Shown: piece by piece, positions 1-11,500 of the stretch
Position numbering within the stretch: the first letter of the stretch is position 1
How the letters are laid out: every line of letters starts with the position of its first letter
Source: Neodothiora populina
Lineage: Eukaryota
Length of the DNA: 64,000 bases
NCBI RefSeq assembly: GCF_041146345.1
Contig: NW_027191417.1
Span: forward strand, 1,364,001 to 1,428,000
Direction: 5' to 3'
Position numbers and translations under genes: made by a program
The notes under the pieces: generated by a model
Database searches by the model: none
Seen by the model: only the letters and a program-made list of their open reading frames with translations
What the model was told of the DNA's origin: nothing

Positions 1-326
1 GTCAGAAGTATCAAGTTGACGTTTGGTGTAGGCATCGTGCTCTAGTTGGGTTCTTTTCCATCTGGGGCTTATATATAGAGAAGGAGAGTCGCGAGAATTC
101 GATGCGGAAGAAAGAAAAGCAGAAGAGATAAATCCTACTACATTTACGGTTAGATACGATGAAGAAAAAAACACAAAACATCAGTAATCGAGGCACGTCA
201 ATCGTGTGACACGTGCGCATGATAGAGAGCCATGAAATGAGAGCTCATCTAAAATTCTACAAAAGACATGACGGAACACAACACTAGATGGTCCTTCCAG
301 ATGCAAGAAGTAAGGAACCCCATCTC

Positions 327-1154
327 TCACTCTGGCCCCTCGAACTTATAATCCTCGAAACGAACCCACCTCCCCCTCTCATACCGAAACAGACTCAATC
401 CCTCAACGACCCCCTCACACCCCTCCCAACCACCCTTGATCTCCTCGAACCCCTTCTGCACAACACTCTCATCGTCCACTTTATTCATGACGGTATAATG
501 CGCTCTGAACCCTCCCTTCGCCGCATCCTGAGGCGACAACATCTCCATCCACTCGGCTTGCAGCGTCTCGTGGATCTGCGCCGCTGGCTCCCCGCCTTTG
601 GTCTTCGGCACTGCGATGGCTATGCCGTGCTTTCCTAGCATGAAAGGGCGGGACGCATTCAGAGGGAAAGGAGAGGTGGATCTCGCCACGGATTGCAGAG
701 TCGGGATTATGTCTGATGACAGTGCGTCGCCTGGTAGCGCGTGGAACAGAGTCAGGTGGGCGTCGAGTTTGTTCAGGTGTGGTGGGAAGTACTTTTTTCG
801 TAAGGACGTCATCGTGTCGTGGTGCGATTTTGAGGTAAGAAATGTGAGGACGTAGACAGTGGAGTCCTTTCTCGATGAGCCGTGGGTGTTGGTGCGTTGG
901 GTCTCGGGGATGTAGTGATTGTTTGGCTCTTGTTGTTGTTGCTTGGGCCTGGTATACTTTGCTTGTCTTGAAATGGAGGGGCCGTTTGAGGCCTTGGTCG
1001 GGCCATCCTGGTTGTTACTCGGTTGCGGTTTTGAAGTAGTGGACTGTTTTGTGGTTGGTGGAATTGACTTGGAACTGTCGTTGTTGCTGGATGGGTTCGA
1101 CTGCGAGCCCGCGCCAGCAAACATGGATGCATAGGTACGCTTCGGTTCAGCCAT
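327..1154 (-). CDS. 2H phosphoesterase (LigT-like, 2'-5' RNA ligase superfamily) with a disordered N-terminus; intronless
   Basis: Two HxT motifs (LDAHLTLFH and FRAHYTVMNKV) about 85 aa apart. Likely start is MAEPKR at 1154, within ORF 327..1211. Confidence 0.8.
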   Translation of the reverse strand: MAEPKRTYASMFAGAGSQSNPSSNNDSSKSIPPTTKQSTTSKPQPSNNQDGPTKASNGPSISRQAKYTRPKQQQQEPNNHYIPETQRTNTHGSSRKDSTVYVLTFLTSKSHHDTMTSLRKKYFPPHLNKLDAHLTLFHALPGDALSSDIIPTLQSVARSTSPFPLNASRPFMLGKHGIAIAVPKTKGGEPAAQIHETLQAEWMEMLSPQDAAKGGFRAHYTVMNKVDDESVVQKGFEEIKGGWEGCEGVVEGLSLFRYERGRWVRFEDYKFEGPE

Positions 1155-1377
1155 GATGAAGAATTGAATTTGCCGGCAGGGTATCCTTCGAATATAGTTG
1201 CTATACAACATTGCGATAAGACAAACCCATCCTGTGCTCGTCGACGGTGGAGCACAAAATGTAAATTGTTAGTCAATGACGTAGCCATCATCTTGACTGC
1301 GTTAGTTGAAACATTTCCCGGGGAGCATTAACTCTGAACATGTCAAGCTACTGTAAAACAACCGCAGCCATTGCGAC

Positions 1378-2060
1378 TCAAGAGGCCCATTTGGCAGCGT
1401 TACTTGGTATCAATCGCTTCAGCGTTTCGATGTGCAAGTGGTGACTTTTGATCTTCAGATCCCTAATGTCTGCGCGAGACTTGGAAGTCGTATCTATACG
1501 TCTTGTGTTCTCGCCAAAGACGACTGTGTAGTCCGGGACTTCATCGTATATGTTACAGAGTGCAGATATCTTGCAGTGCTTTGATATGTTTTGTCAGTCT
1601 CAACAACAGCTGTAGTTGAACATCGATATCTTGAATTTGTGATTACCTTGCCGACAACTGCTCGTGGACCCAGTCTGGCATTGACCTCCACAACGCTACC
1701 AGCCCCTACGCGTGCTGCTTCCACAACAGCTCCGCTCTCGATACTGACATTGTCTTCGATGACAACGACTGAATTCTCAGAGGCGGCACTTTCGGTGCTT
1801 AGTCCAGTCGAGGTCCGCTCTGCTATGATGCAATGTTTTCCTATCCGCACAGGTGCAATGGTAGACGTGATCTTGGCAAATGGGTGTATCACACAGCCTT
1901 CATCGATGGTCACAGGATGGGATCCCGTTATGATTGCCTTGTCTGAGACTGTGGCAGATGGATGAATAGTGCATGGTGGTTTTGGAAGTGCTGCGGCAGT
2001 TGGACGAGACGATGTCCCACTTGTTGGCTGTTGACGACGAGATGTTGTTGCACTCGCCAT
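1378..2060 (-). CDS. DCTN6: Dynactin subunit 6 (p27), left-handed beta-helix protein; 2 exons (2060-1647, 1578-1378)
   Basis: Hexapeptide repeats (IHPSATVSDKAIITG, VTIDEGCVIHPFAKI, VRIGKHCIIAER). Intron GTAATC..CTGAC..AAG restores the frame, ending ...LIPSNAAKWAS*. Confidence 0.8.
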
Positions 2061-2911
2061 TTGGTTCGGCAGCGAAGCTGAATGCTACTTTCCCAGCTAA
2101 TGCGCCGCTCGCTGAATTATTACAGTAATTTATGTACCTTTATATCAGGAAGGTGGAGGTGCGATTTGCAGGCCTAGAAAGTGGGACACGTGCGGAGCGA
2201 ATCTCGGGCGTTCAGACGCTCGTGCTTGACTTCCACTTCATCTGATCGAGTCTTTCCCTAATGTCATTCGATGGTTTTCGCGATGTTTGTGTACGGACTC
2301 GAACAGTAGAGAAAAGCAGCCGAGGGATAAATCAGTGTCAGTCCGGGCAGGCATACCTGGCAGCTAGCTTTGAGTCTGGCTTATCGGAATCATTACCCTT
2401 CCCTCCTTCTGAGTTACCTACGGTACAGGTACATTCCAGCGATTGTGGAATCTGTTTGAGAAAGCGACGCAATCTTAGTGAGCCCCATGTCTTGCTTGCC
2501 ATGTCTTGCCAACACGCAGCTTGCGTTGTGTGCATTGGCGGTGAGGGTAGGTGCATGTCCTTTGTCTGCGAACCTCGTTTTCCTTCGCCCCTGGATCATA
2601 AGATAGTAGGGAACGGTAAGGAAGAGCTACAACGATCCGCTTCTCTATGATACGACTGACGGTCTTGTATCCTTTCTATCACCTTCGATGGCGTGTGTTC
2701 ACGTCGTACAGTCATGTTGTCAATTTCCAGAAGTGGAGGTGAGGTGTTTCGTGGAAGGGGCAGCTTCCTTGTTTGCAAGTCACTTCTTCAACATAAGTCA
2801 TCCATGCCACTTTCCCTTTCCTTCTCTTCTTTGACTCCGAACAACACCTCCGACCCAACGAGAACCGCATATGTAAAAACTCGCGCATTCCTCGACCTCA
2901 CATCAGACAAG

Positions 2912-5093
2912 ATGGTCAAGTCCAACAAGTTTGATTATACTGGAGTAAGCCAAGCTCACGCGTATCATCGCTATATTCAATGATCACTAAATTCCCACCA
3001 GCGCACGTCGTCTGGACCCAAGTTGGGAAGGAGCATCGCCGCTAACCTCGTCAAAAGAGCCGACAAGAAACAACGCGAAGCCGTCAAAACAGCAGCAAAG
3101 ACAGCATCAGAACCGACAGTCTATACGGTCAGGACTAACGGGGATCACTCTGCAGAGTCTGATGGGATCAAAGGTGGTCAAGACGCATCTAGACACGACA
3201 TACACAAACTGGATTTACGTGTGCCCAGTAAATACCTGGGCGACGAAGGCTTTTCGCTGTTATGTGATGGATTAGAGAATGCCTTGAACTCATGTCTGGA
3301 TCTTGCACTTGTTGACTTCAATGCTGCCGGCAATGAACTTAGCACCCGCTCTCTTGCTCGACTAGCTCCCATCATACGCCAGTCCAAGTTCAACCTCCAA
3401 ACACTCGATCTTTCTGGGAACAAGATTAAAGTCACAACCGCAACACAAGCGCAGGAGTGGGAATGCTTCTTGTCCTCGTTCCACGATTGCATGACGCTGA
3501 GAAGGCTCGATCTTAGTGACAACTCGTCTCTTGGGTCATGGGCTTTTGAAGTCCTGGCTCGCGTATACTGCCGTGAGCCCCTTGTTGATCCACTTCCAGC
3601 TACCGGCGCCACTTCTACCATCACTCTGCCGGATGAAGAGACCTTGAATGCAGCTGCAGATGCAGATTCTGGAGCAGATGGCGACACGTATACGGATGAG
3701 GACGATGAATACATGCCACGATGCGCAAATGGCAGAACACTTGCTGATACGTGGAATCTGGGCTATCGGCGTGGTCTGAGGTCGCTGCCATACTTGACAT
3801 TGATGAATGTCGGTCTTGACGACATTGGAGCTCTTTTCCTCTCTTACGTGGTCGAACAACATTACTATCCTACTCAACTTATCAGCGAGATCAACGCGAC
3901 CGATGCGAGCAATTCCACGCAAACGTATCGACAGGACGCAAATTTGAAAGGTATAAACTACGATCACAATGTCGAAACCCTTGGTAAAGACGGAAATCAT
4001 TTACTTCAGAGCGCCGAGAAATTCAGGGCTACGTATGTCCTGGGAGATACTGACAGTCTCACGAGCTCTGCATACGAGCTTGTGCGAGCCTCTGATGCCC
4101 TAGAGCAGCCAGCTGTCAAGTGAGTTTTTTGAGATATCAATACGTGAGAATTTACTCACTGTGCCTTACAGAAGGTCACTGAATGGGAGTGTACGACACT
4201 CCAGCTTGCGGTCTATTCAATCCCTCGAATCTGGCTACCACGATAAGTCTGACCTCAACAGTGCAAGAAAGAAGATTCAGCGCAATACCCTGGTTCAGTC
4301 CGGTTGTCGCAGCGTTGAGCTTTGGCATGCAGCGTCGGAAGCGATTGCCTACTCTCGCTTGATCTACTCAATTGCGCCCGAACCCCGTTTCTCCGCAAGC
4401 ATAATCGAAAGAACGAATGGAGGTGACGGCGACTCATCGGAGATGACTGGATCATTTGCCTCACTTGATAATATCAAGAATGCATTGGAATACTTGTCGC
4501 CACGAAAGAATCTGCCAGCGATCGAAGAGTGCGGTTCGAAGCGATCTTATGCTGCAACACTGAGGAAGACCTCGTCGCACGACTCGGCAGAGCCGGAAGC
4601 AGCTGTCGTGGACATTGCCAACATGTCTCATGTTCAGGCGAACAAGAGAGATACGAGTCCATCAAGTGCCCACCGTGACGACTGCGTCACTCCAGATGAT
4701 TCAAAGCTTCAAGGAGATTCGTGGCCATGGTCTCATTCAGCAAGCCCATCCCAGATCTGTGACAGGTCCAGTGGAGGAGATGATTGCAAACATGCCTATG
4801 TAAATTGGCAGATCAACCACATGCGCGAGATTAAGCGCGAGCAGGGAGGTCAAAGCGACGGTTATCGCGACGTCAGCCTTCGCTGTCAATGGCCTTTGCC
4901 AGTGTGTATGCAGATTCTGAGCCTCGTCATGGAACCCCACCACCTCTACATTCTCGAGCCGCAACAGCAACGAGCTGCATTTGCATGGGGTCAGAAGAGG
5001 GAAACGCTGAGGAGCGAATTGGAATGGAGGAGAAAAGACGAGAGTTCGCAGATCCTGATGATGCTTGTGGCTGCTGGATGTGTTGACTATTAA
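2912..5093 (+). CDS. Fungal leucine-rich repeat (RNI-like) protein; 3 exons (introns ~2945-3001 and ~4120-4171)
   Basis: LRR motifs LQTLDLSGNKI, LRRLDLSDN and LTLMNVGLDDIGALFLS. GTAAGC..CAG and GTGAGT..CAG introns join ORFs 3023..4123 and 4161..5093. Confidence 0.75.
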
Positions 5094-5593
5094 ATCTAGT
5101 CACTGAAGGCTGCTGCCTCGGCCCTGCAGCTGCACTATCGCGGGCGTCTACTTTTGCATCTTTATATGCTAAGGTACCGACCTTAGCTAGGTTGCCTTGA
5201 CTCGTCTTCGTGGGGCTAACTACTAATTGCTCAAGCTGAACCTAGAGCAATATCAACCATGATGAGTCCCAGAATGCATTATAAAATAAGTATTTTTTTC
5301 GAGGACATTTTGGTGGCTGATGACGTCAATCCGCTATCTGTGATTCATCCTCTCAAAGTTGCCAGTGGTAGCCTATACAAGAGCCTAGTGATATATACTT
5401 CTTACCTGTTATTTTCTTCTTGTAGAAATCTGGTTATAGTCCTTGCTCAACATCTTAACTTACCTTTAGATTGCATGATAGAGTGACTTTCGCGTTCTAA
5501 AAACTCACAAGGACGACTCCCATCCGACACTCGCTGACCTCGAAGGTCATATTACTCATTGTCTTCCTTGTACAACTCCTGATAGCCACCACA

Positions 5594-6322
5594 ATGGTCA
5601 AACGCCACGGCCGAACCTCGAACGTTGACACGGGCGATGCAACAACGACGACAACTCTGCCTGCATCAGAAATCCCTCCCCCTTCGACGTTCAATGACGG
5701 ACTCCCCTTGCCCAAACTTATCGTCTTTGACTTAGACTACACCCTCTGGCCGTTCTGGGTAGATACACACGTCAATTCACCATTGAAACCGACAAAGGAC
5801 GGTCTGGTGGTCAGGGATCGGTACAACGAGTCCTATGGGTTCTACACCGATGTTGCGGGGATTTTGGTCTCGGTACGGTGTCTTTCTCGCTGTCCTCTCA
5901 ACACAGAGAGATATGTATAACAAATGTCCAGATTACTGATAATGGTGCACATACGACAGATCAAAGAAAAAGGCATAGAGCTAGGCGCGGCATCCAGGAC
6001 TGGTGCTCCAGATCTGGCGAGGGAGATGCTCTCCTATCTCCGTCTCCCGTCTTCACCGCCAGACGTGCCAAAAGCAATCTCGGCCTTCGACTATCTCGAG
6101 ATCTATCCGGGAAGCAAAACGACACATTTCGCCAAATTGCACAAGAGTTCGGGGTTGCCGTATGAGGAGATGCTTTTTTTCGACGACGAGAGTCGCAACA
6201 AGAATGTCGAGCCCCTCGGCGTCACCATGAAGCTAGTCAACGACGGAGTCTCTCGAAATGTCATTGATCAAGGTGTGAAGAAGTGGCGTGAGAGACATGG
6301 GAGGACTAAGAAGGAAGACTGA
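5594..6322 (+). CDS. MDP1: Magnesium-dependent phosphatase 1 (HAD superfamily IIIC); 1 intron (~5873-5959)
   Basis: HAD motif I in LIVFDLDYTLWPFWVDTH, plus ASRT, YPGSKTTHF and MLFFDDESRN. Confidence 0.9.
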
Positions 6323-6567
6323 GAGACAGAGGAACTTGAATTGTGTCGCGTCAGAAATTGTTCGTATACGCATTATTATCCAACGACTAAATGATCCTTC
6401 GGCCTTGCTTAATCGCCAAAACGCCACTTTTGGTGGACTGCATATGAACGAGTTATACCAGCGCTCTTATTGCCAACACAACTCACGCCATCGCCAGTTC
6501 TTCCTCTACCATTCCGCGGGGTATCGTTTAAGTCCAGAGAGGATCAAGTTTCTCCGCAAGCGTCCAT

Positions 6568-8550
6568 CTATACACGCTCCTCCATCTGCACATTCTGGTC
6601 GCTGGTCTTTGTCCTCTGCCTGATGATCTGTTCTTGCTGCTTCGCAAACGGGGACTTTTCTCGAAGTTTTTGACCGTTAAAGTAGATCAGGAAAACGGGA
6701 ACCACAATGGCAATTGCAATACATCCCAGCATTGTTGACGCGTACTCGAGTGGGTGGGTCGGGAACAGCTCATACACTAAAAGTCGTTAGTGATATGCTT
6801 AGTGCATGAGAGAAAAAAACATGCTCAAAAAACTTACAGGGCGTCGAGTACATTGCAGCAATACCAGCGAGCAGATCGCGGCAGAAGCCATTGCCTCCGG
6901 TCGCGGAAGCAGCGAACTCGCCATACGCCGCTACCATGTAATCAATACTTGCGAAATAGATTGCCCAATTTGCGACTCCGATGAATGTCGCGAAGATCAG
7001 TGGAGCGATCCAGTGCACGCCATATGCCGGACCAAGGCTCGTCCAAGCGAAACCAAAGATGCCTATCGGGAGCAGAGTCGCGAGCCACATGAGAACTACC
7101 ACACCTTAGTATATGTCTTAAGGTATGCAACGAAGTGGAGATTCTTACGATACAAGCGGCGTTCGGGACTGACTGATTCGGGACCATCTCGACGTCGCTT
7201 CTTTGAGTCGGCTGCGAAGCAAGGGAGGTATAACAGCCATGCTATGATGTATCCGATGAGCAGTCTGTTAGCACTGTGGTCAGCTTTATCCCTTTGCACA
7301 ACTTTGCTAATGATGGGTACTTACGGGACAAAACAAAGACCGACTTGCCATTGATTAAATTTCCACTGTCGAAAGACCAGACCGAAGGACTCTAGAAAGG
7401 TGAAGATCAGGGCGTCGCTGAAGCCACTGAGCAACGAAAGCGCGAAGACGATCGGCTCTGTCAGAAGCATCTTGAAAGGCCGGAACCAAATGCTGCTTAG
7501 CTTTGACCAGGTCATACGCACTGCCAAGGTCCCGTGAATCTCGTTTGGACCATAAATGACAGGGCCATAGTCCTCATCATCACTTGGTAAATTGCGACGA
7601 CGGCGGGCCTCACGGTCGAGAAGAACATCAGAGCGAGTCTCCGGGATGCAGGTAAGGTGGAGAAGCTGAGTGAAAGCACCAAAAGCTAGCTGGACCCAGA
7701 AGAGCCATCTCCAAGCCAGCTATAGAGACGTTAGCCCATGACCGTCTGGATATACCGGTGAAAAGAACTCACATAGTAGCCAACGAAGCCTCCGACGATA
7801 GGTCCAAGCAATGCACCACCGACGGAAGCAAAAACAACATGGGCAACGGCATACTGATGTTCGTGTGGTTGAAACATGTCGGCCACCATACCCAGTGTGA
7901 CAGAACCCCCAGCAGAGGATAGGCCACCCAATGTACGAGCGGCAACCATGGTACCAATATTTGGCGCAAGCGCAGCCGGGATCTGGAAGATATTGACCAG
8001 GAAGAGAGACGACTGAAGAGTCGGCTTGCGCCCAATCTCCTCTGACCACGGAGCCCAGAGTTCGCAGCCGAAGGCGTAGGCTATCAAGAAGCCCATCTGC
8101 CCTGTCCTGGCCGCGGGCACAGAGACTCCGAATTCCTTGGTAATGGCACCAATAGCGTTGGGATAGACGCTAGCGTTGAAATTCTGGTAGGTGTTAAAAT
8201 CATGTTCGTTTAAGTCGGCTGCGGTATCATGCGAACCATGCTGCATTGAATGATAGCAGTAATAATCAACACCCTCCACTTCTTCGCGCTCGACCATTCG
8301 AAAGCCGTGTATTTCCTGTTGTCGCCATCTATGAGACTGTTAGCTTCTTGCGGACCACATGAAGCAATAGTCGAGACGTACCTTCGAACTTCAACTCTTT
8401 CCTATCGTGGAGACCTGGACTTGAATCCCGCCCCTCGGTGGTCGCGGTCTGAGTGCGCTCGATCGCAATCGCCTCAGGAGATTCTACTTTCTTCATCTCG
8501 ATCCCTTCTGACATTTCGGTGCTGTCTACTCGTCCCCTAGGATGATTCAT
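6568..8550 (-). CDS. MFS drug:H+ antiporter (DHA1 family); about 7 exons
   Basis: DHA1 motifs WAPWSEEIGRKP, GGSVTLGMVADMF, RPFKMLLTEPIV, DYMVAAYGEFAASA and GQKLREKSPFA across several minus-strand ORFs joined by canonical introns. Confidence 0.88.
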
Positions 8551-11500
8551 TTTGCTTTTTCTTTCTTTCAGATATGTCCAGGTAGGTTACACTGATCGTT
8601 ATCGTTGGTCAATTCAAGCAAAGATGAAAGAAAAAAGAGGGGCAGAGAGATTTTATACTGTCCCTTTTTCCCACAATAATATCTAATCCAGAAGTCATTT
8701 ACAATGGCAGCAAGCGTAATGTAAGTAGGTAGGTAGATAGAACTTGGCGTATCCACATTTTTCCAGCAGAGGTTGGTAGTAAAGTCCATTCTGTTATGTT
8801 TCGGTGCATTTACCTTTTTCCCTCTTACTACTTCGGCCAATTGACAGCGACTGGTCATGGCAATGGACTGGACCCCGGTGCTGGTAAAGTCGGGGTTTCG
8901 ACGAACCCTCTTGTCTGACGCCGATTTCTTCATCTCTCCACCACATGACGTCCATACTTACAACTCTCTCTCTCTCTTTCCATCCCTCTGATTCCCGATA
9001 ACAGCCAGACTGAGACCGCCCATCAACGAGACCATGAAGTACTGCAGCAGCCAAGCTGCCCTTCTCCACTCACCTTCCCTTCCTCACCTTCCTCACCTTC
9101 CTCACTTCTCTCTAAAGCCAAAAAGCTAAAAGCAACCAACAAGCTTTTCCAGAGCAGAATGACCAGGAGAAATCCCAGCAGGCTGGATAATGCACATATC
9201 TTGCGCGCTTTTTCCCACAGCTATAGTGTTTCAGCGGGACTTCTCGACGTGTGATTGGATATGTGTCTATATAGTCTTTTCGCGGGCTGGGGCATTGTCA
9301 TTTGCGTCTGGAGGTGTGAGACGGGGCGGGGCGGCAGAGGTTTGGTAGCTAAGGTAAGCTCACATTCTAGGAGGATGGATAATGGAGGAGGTGGTACTTT
9401 CGCTGGCGGGATCACATGATCTCGGATGAGCATGTCTTGTTCCAGTCGTGGGGTGAACAATTGTCTTGCAATTGTTGGCTTAATTATTTGGTCTCCAGCT
9501 CATAAGGAAAGACTCAGTGTGACATTTCACCTCCGACTGACAGAATAGATGATCGAACAAGAAATGATAGAAAAGTGAAGTCATCTTACTGAATGGCGAG
9601 ATTTGGGTTGGACTATGTTATGTTGGGTGTACAAAAGTATAGAGTCCAGAGTTTGATGTTTAAGAGGTAATAGTGGACAGGGTTCCCCTCGGTTTCTCGC
9701 AATGTGAAATACTTATCGGTCCGTCCTGCGAATTGCTCTCTACATACTAACATGAGCCGAAGTGTCGCCCTTCATTCGAAAGTCAAGGCTATCGTTGGAT
9801 GGGAACACAAGCCTGATAGGCGCATGCAGCAAGCATAGTCTTCCACGATCATCATATGCAATTTGGTGAACACTCGCCATTGAGGCTTACATCAGGGCTT
9901 CGCGATCCCAGAGGAACTCGAGAGAAGCCACGATGATCGAATGCGTGGGCTAGTGTTGAACATCCAGGAGACTCCATGAGGGGGGAACAAAGACCCAGGA
10001 GGCATCAAAGAACGAGCAAAAGTTGGTAGGCAGGAGAGTGATCCCCTTCCCCCAATCCAGAAATCCCCTCCCCCTGATCCAGACATCGCTTAGCCATCGA
10101 GAATCATATATTTGATCAGCGGTGTGTACCATGACTCCTGCCACGGATGCGACACCCGGCTGCAAGGCTGCATGGTTTCACTTGTTGAGACTGTCATGAA
10201 ACCCCAAATTCTGCGACTTCACACGCCAGCGCTAGAATTGTACAACGGTCCGTAGGGTCCGGTAGGGTCAAAAGCAGGACTTGTGGCGCAGACCAGACGT
10301 TAATCCACCACAAGCTGGACGGTATTGGGCAGTAAGGACCAATAAATCAGTCAGAGGAGCTGCCTCCATCCATCGAGCACGTGTGCGCTAGAGTACCTCG
10401 TATGCATATTAGTAGGCATAAATTGACAATGCCGGTAGCCGTACATGCATGAATCGTGTGAACCCCGTTCATACTTTGAAGAATTGCATGTACGAATTGG
10501 GGATGTTGCGATTCTGGTTATAGTGGCTGGCCTGTACGTCAGCTGGATGCAGCAAGATCTTGGAAATCCTCGAACAATCTACACTTTATCTCGCAAACGG
10601 AATGACAACCGGTCCTTTGTTTTGACACATGTCAGCACATTTTGATTGCATGGTCAACCACTAACGCTATTAGCAAAGCGCATTGACTGAATTGAAAGAG
10701 GCCGCGTTCGTGAGGACGCTTCAATACCCCTATGCAGCTGGGATTACAGAAACGTCATGAGCGAAAGCCGTCGACGGTGGTAGAGATATTACCGTAGTGT
10801 CGATAATATTTACTCGAGTTTGTTGTGGCGTTTGTCCACAGGTGAGACAGGGTCCACAGATGCAAGTACGGCGTTATGAGCCTACGAATCCTGTGGCGTG
10901 ACTAGACCTGTCATGCTCGGATCGATGCCTGTACTTCATGCCGGCCCCGGGTTTCCCCCACTGAGCCATCACACCGGGCAAGGCATTCATTAGAGCCAAG
11001 AAGATGATCATCTACCGATCGATCTGATCATGCCTCTCATGAGATACCTCCAACGCGGGTTTCTATGTCGTAATGCTCAGGAAGGGCCAGAGCAAGTTTG
11101 CTATCCTCTTTGATCATCAAAGTCTATAGGCGGTTTGAACAGTAGCGATTTGGGGTCATGTTCGCTAAGTCAAGCAATTAAGAGGAGTTATGCATCAATG
11201 GCGAAAGCTGGGCGTGCAAGGCGCAACAATTGTGCAGCTGGGCAGCCAACACACAGTCAGAGAGCCAGCTGTTCTTGCCTGCACATGTGTGTTGCTTTGG
11301 ACGAGCCAAGTGCTCTTTCTTGAGGCCAGCTAGAGTTTTTCCGCCTGCAACCATCAGATTAGGAGCTGCAGCATAAGACAGAAACAGCCTCAGCTTGTGA
11401 TGTCAACCGCCGAGGTGGTATCAGGACGTACTTTGTAGGCGACCCAAGCTAAAGAATTGTAGGATGGCTGGAGATAGCGGCAGTCGAAAACCTGTTTATG

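Noticed and set aside
5220..5500. Somewhat AT/TpA-rich patch, possible RIP relic
   Set aside because: Too short, with no terminal repeats or transposase remnant; compatible with ordinary terminator or promoter sequence.
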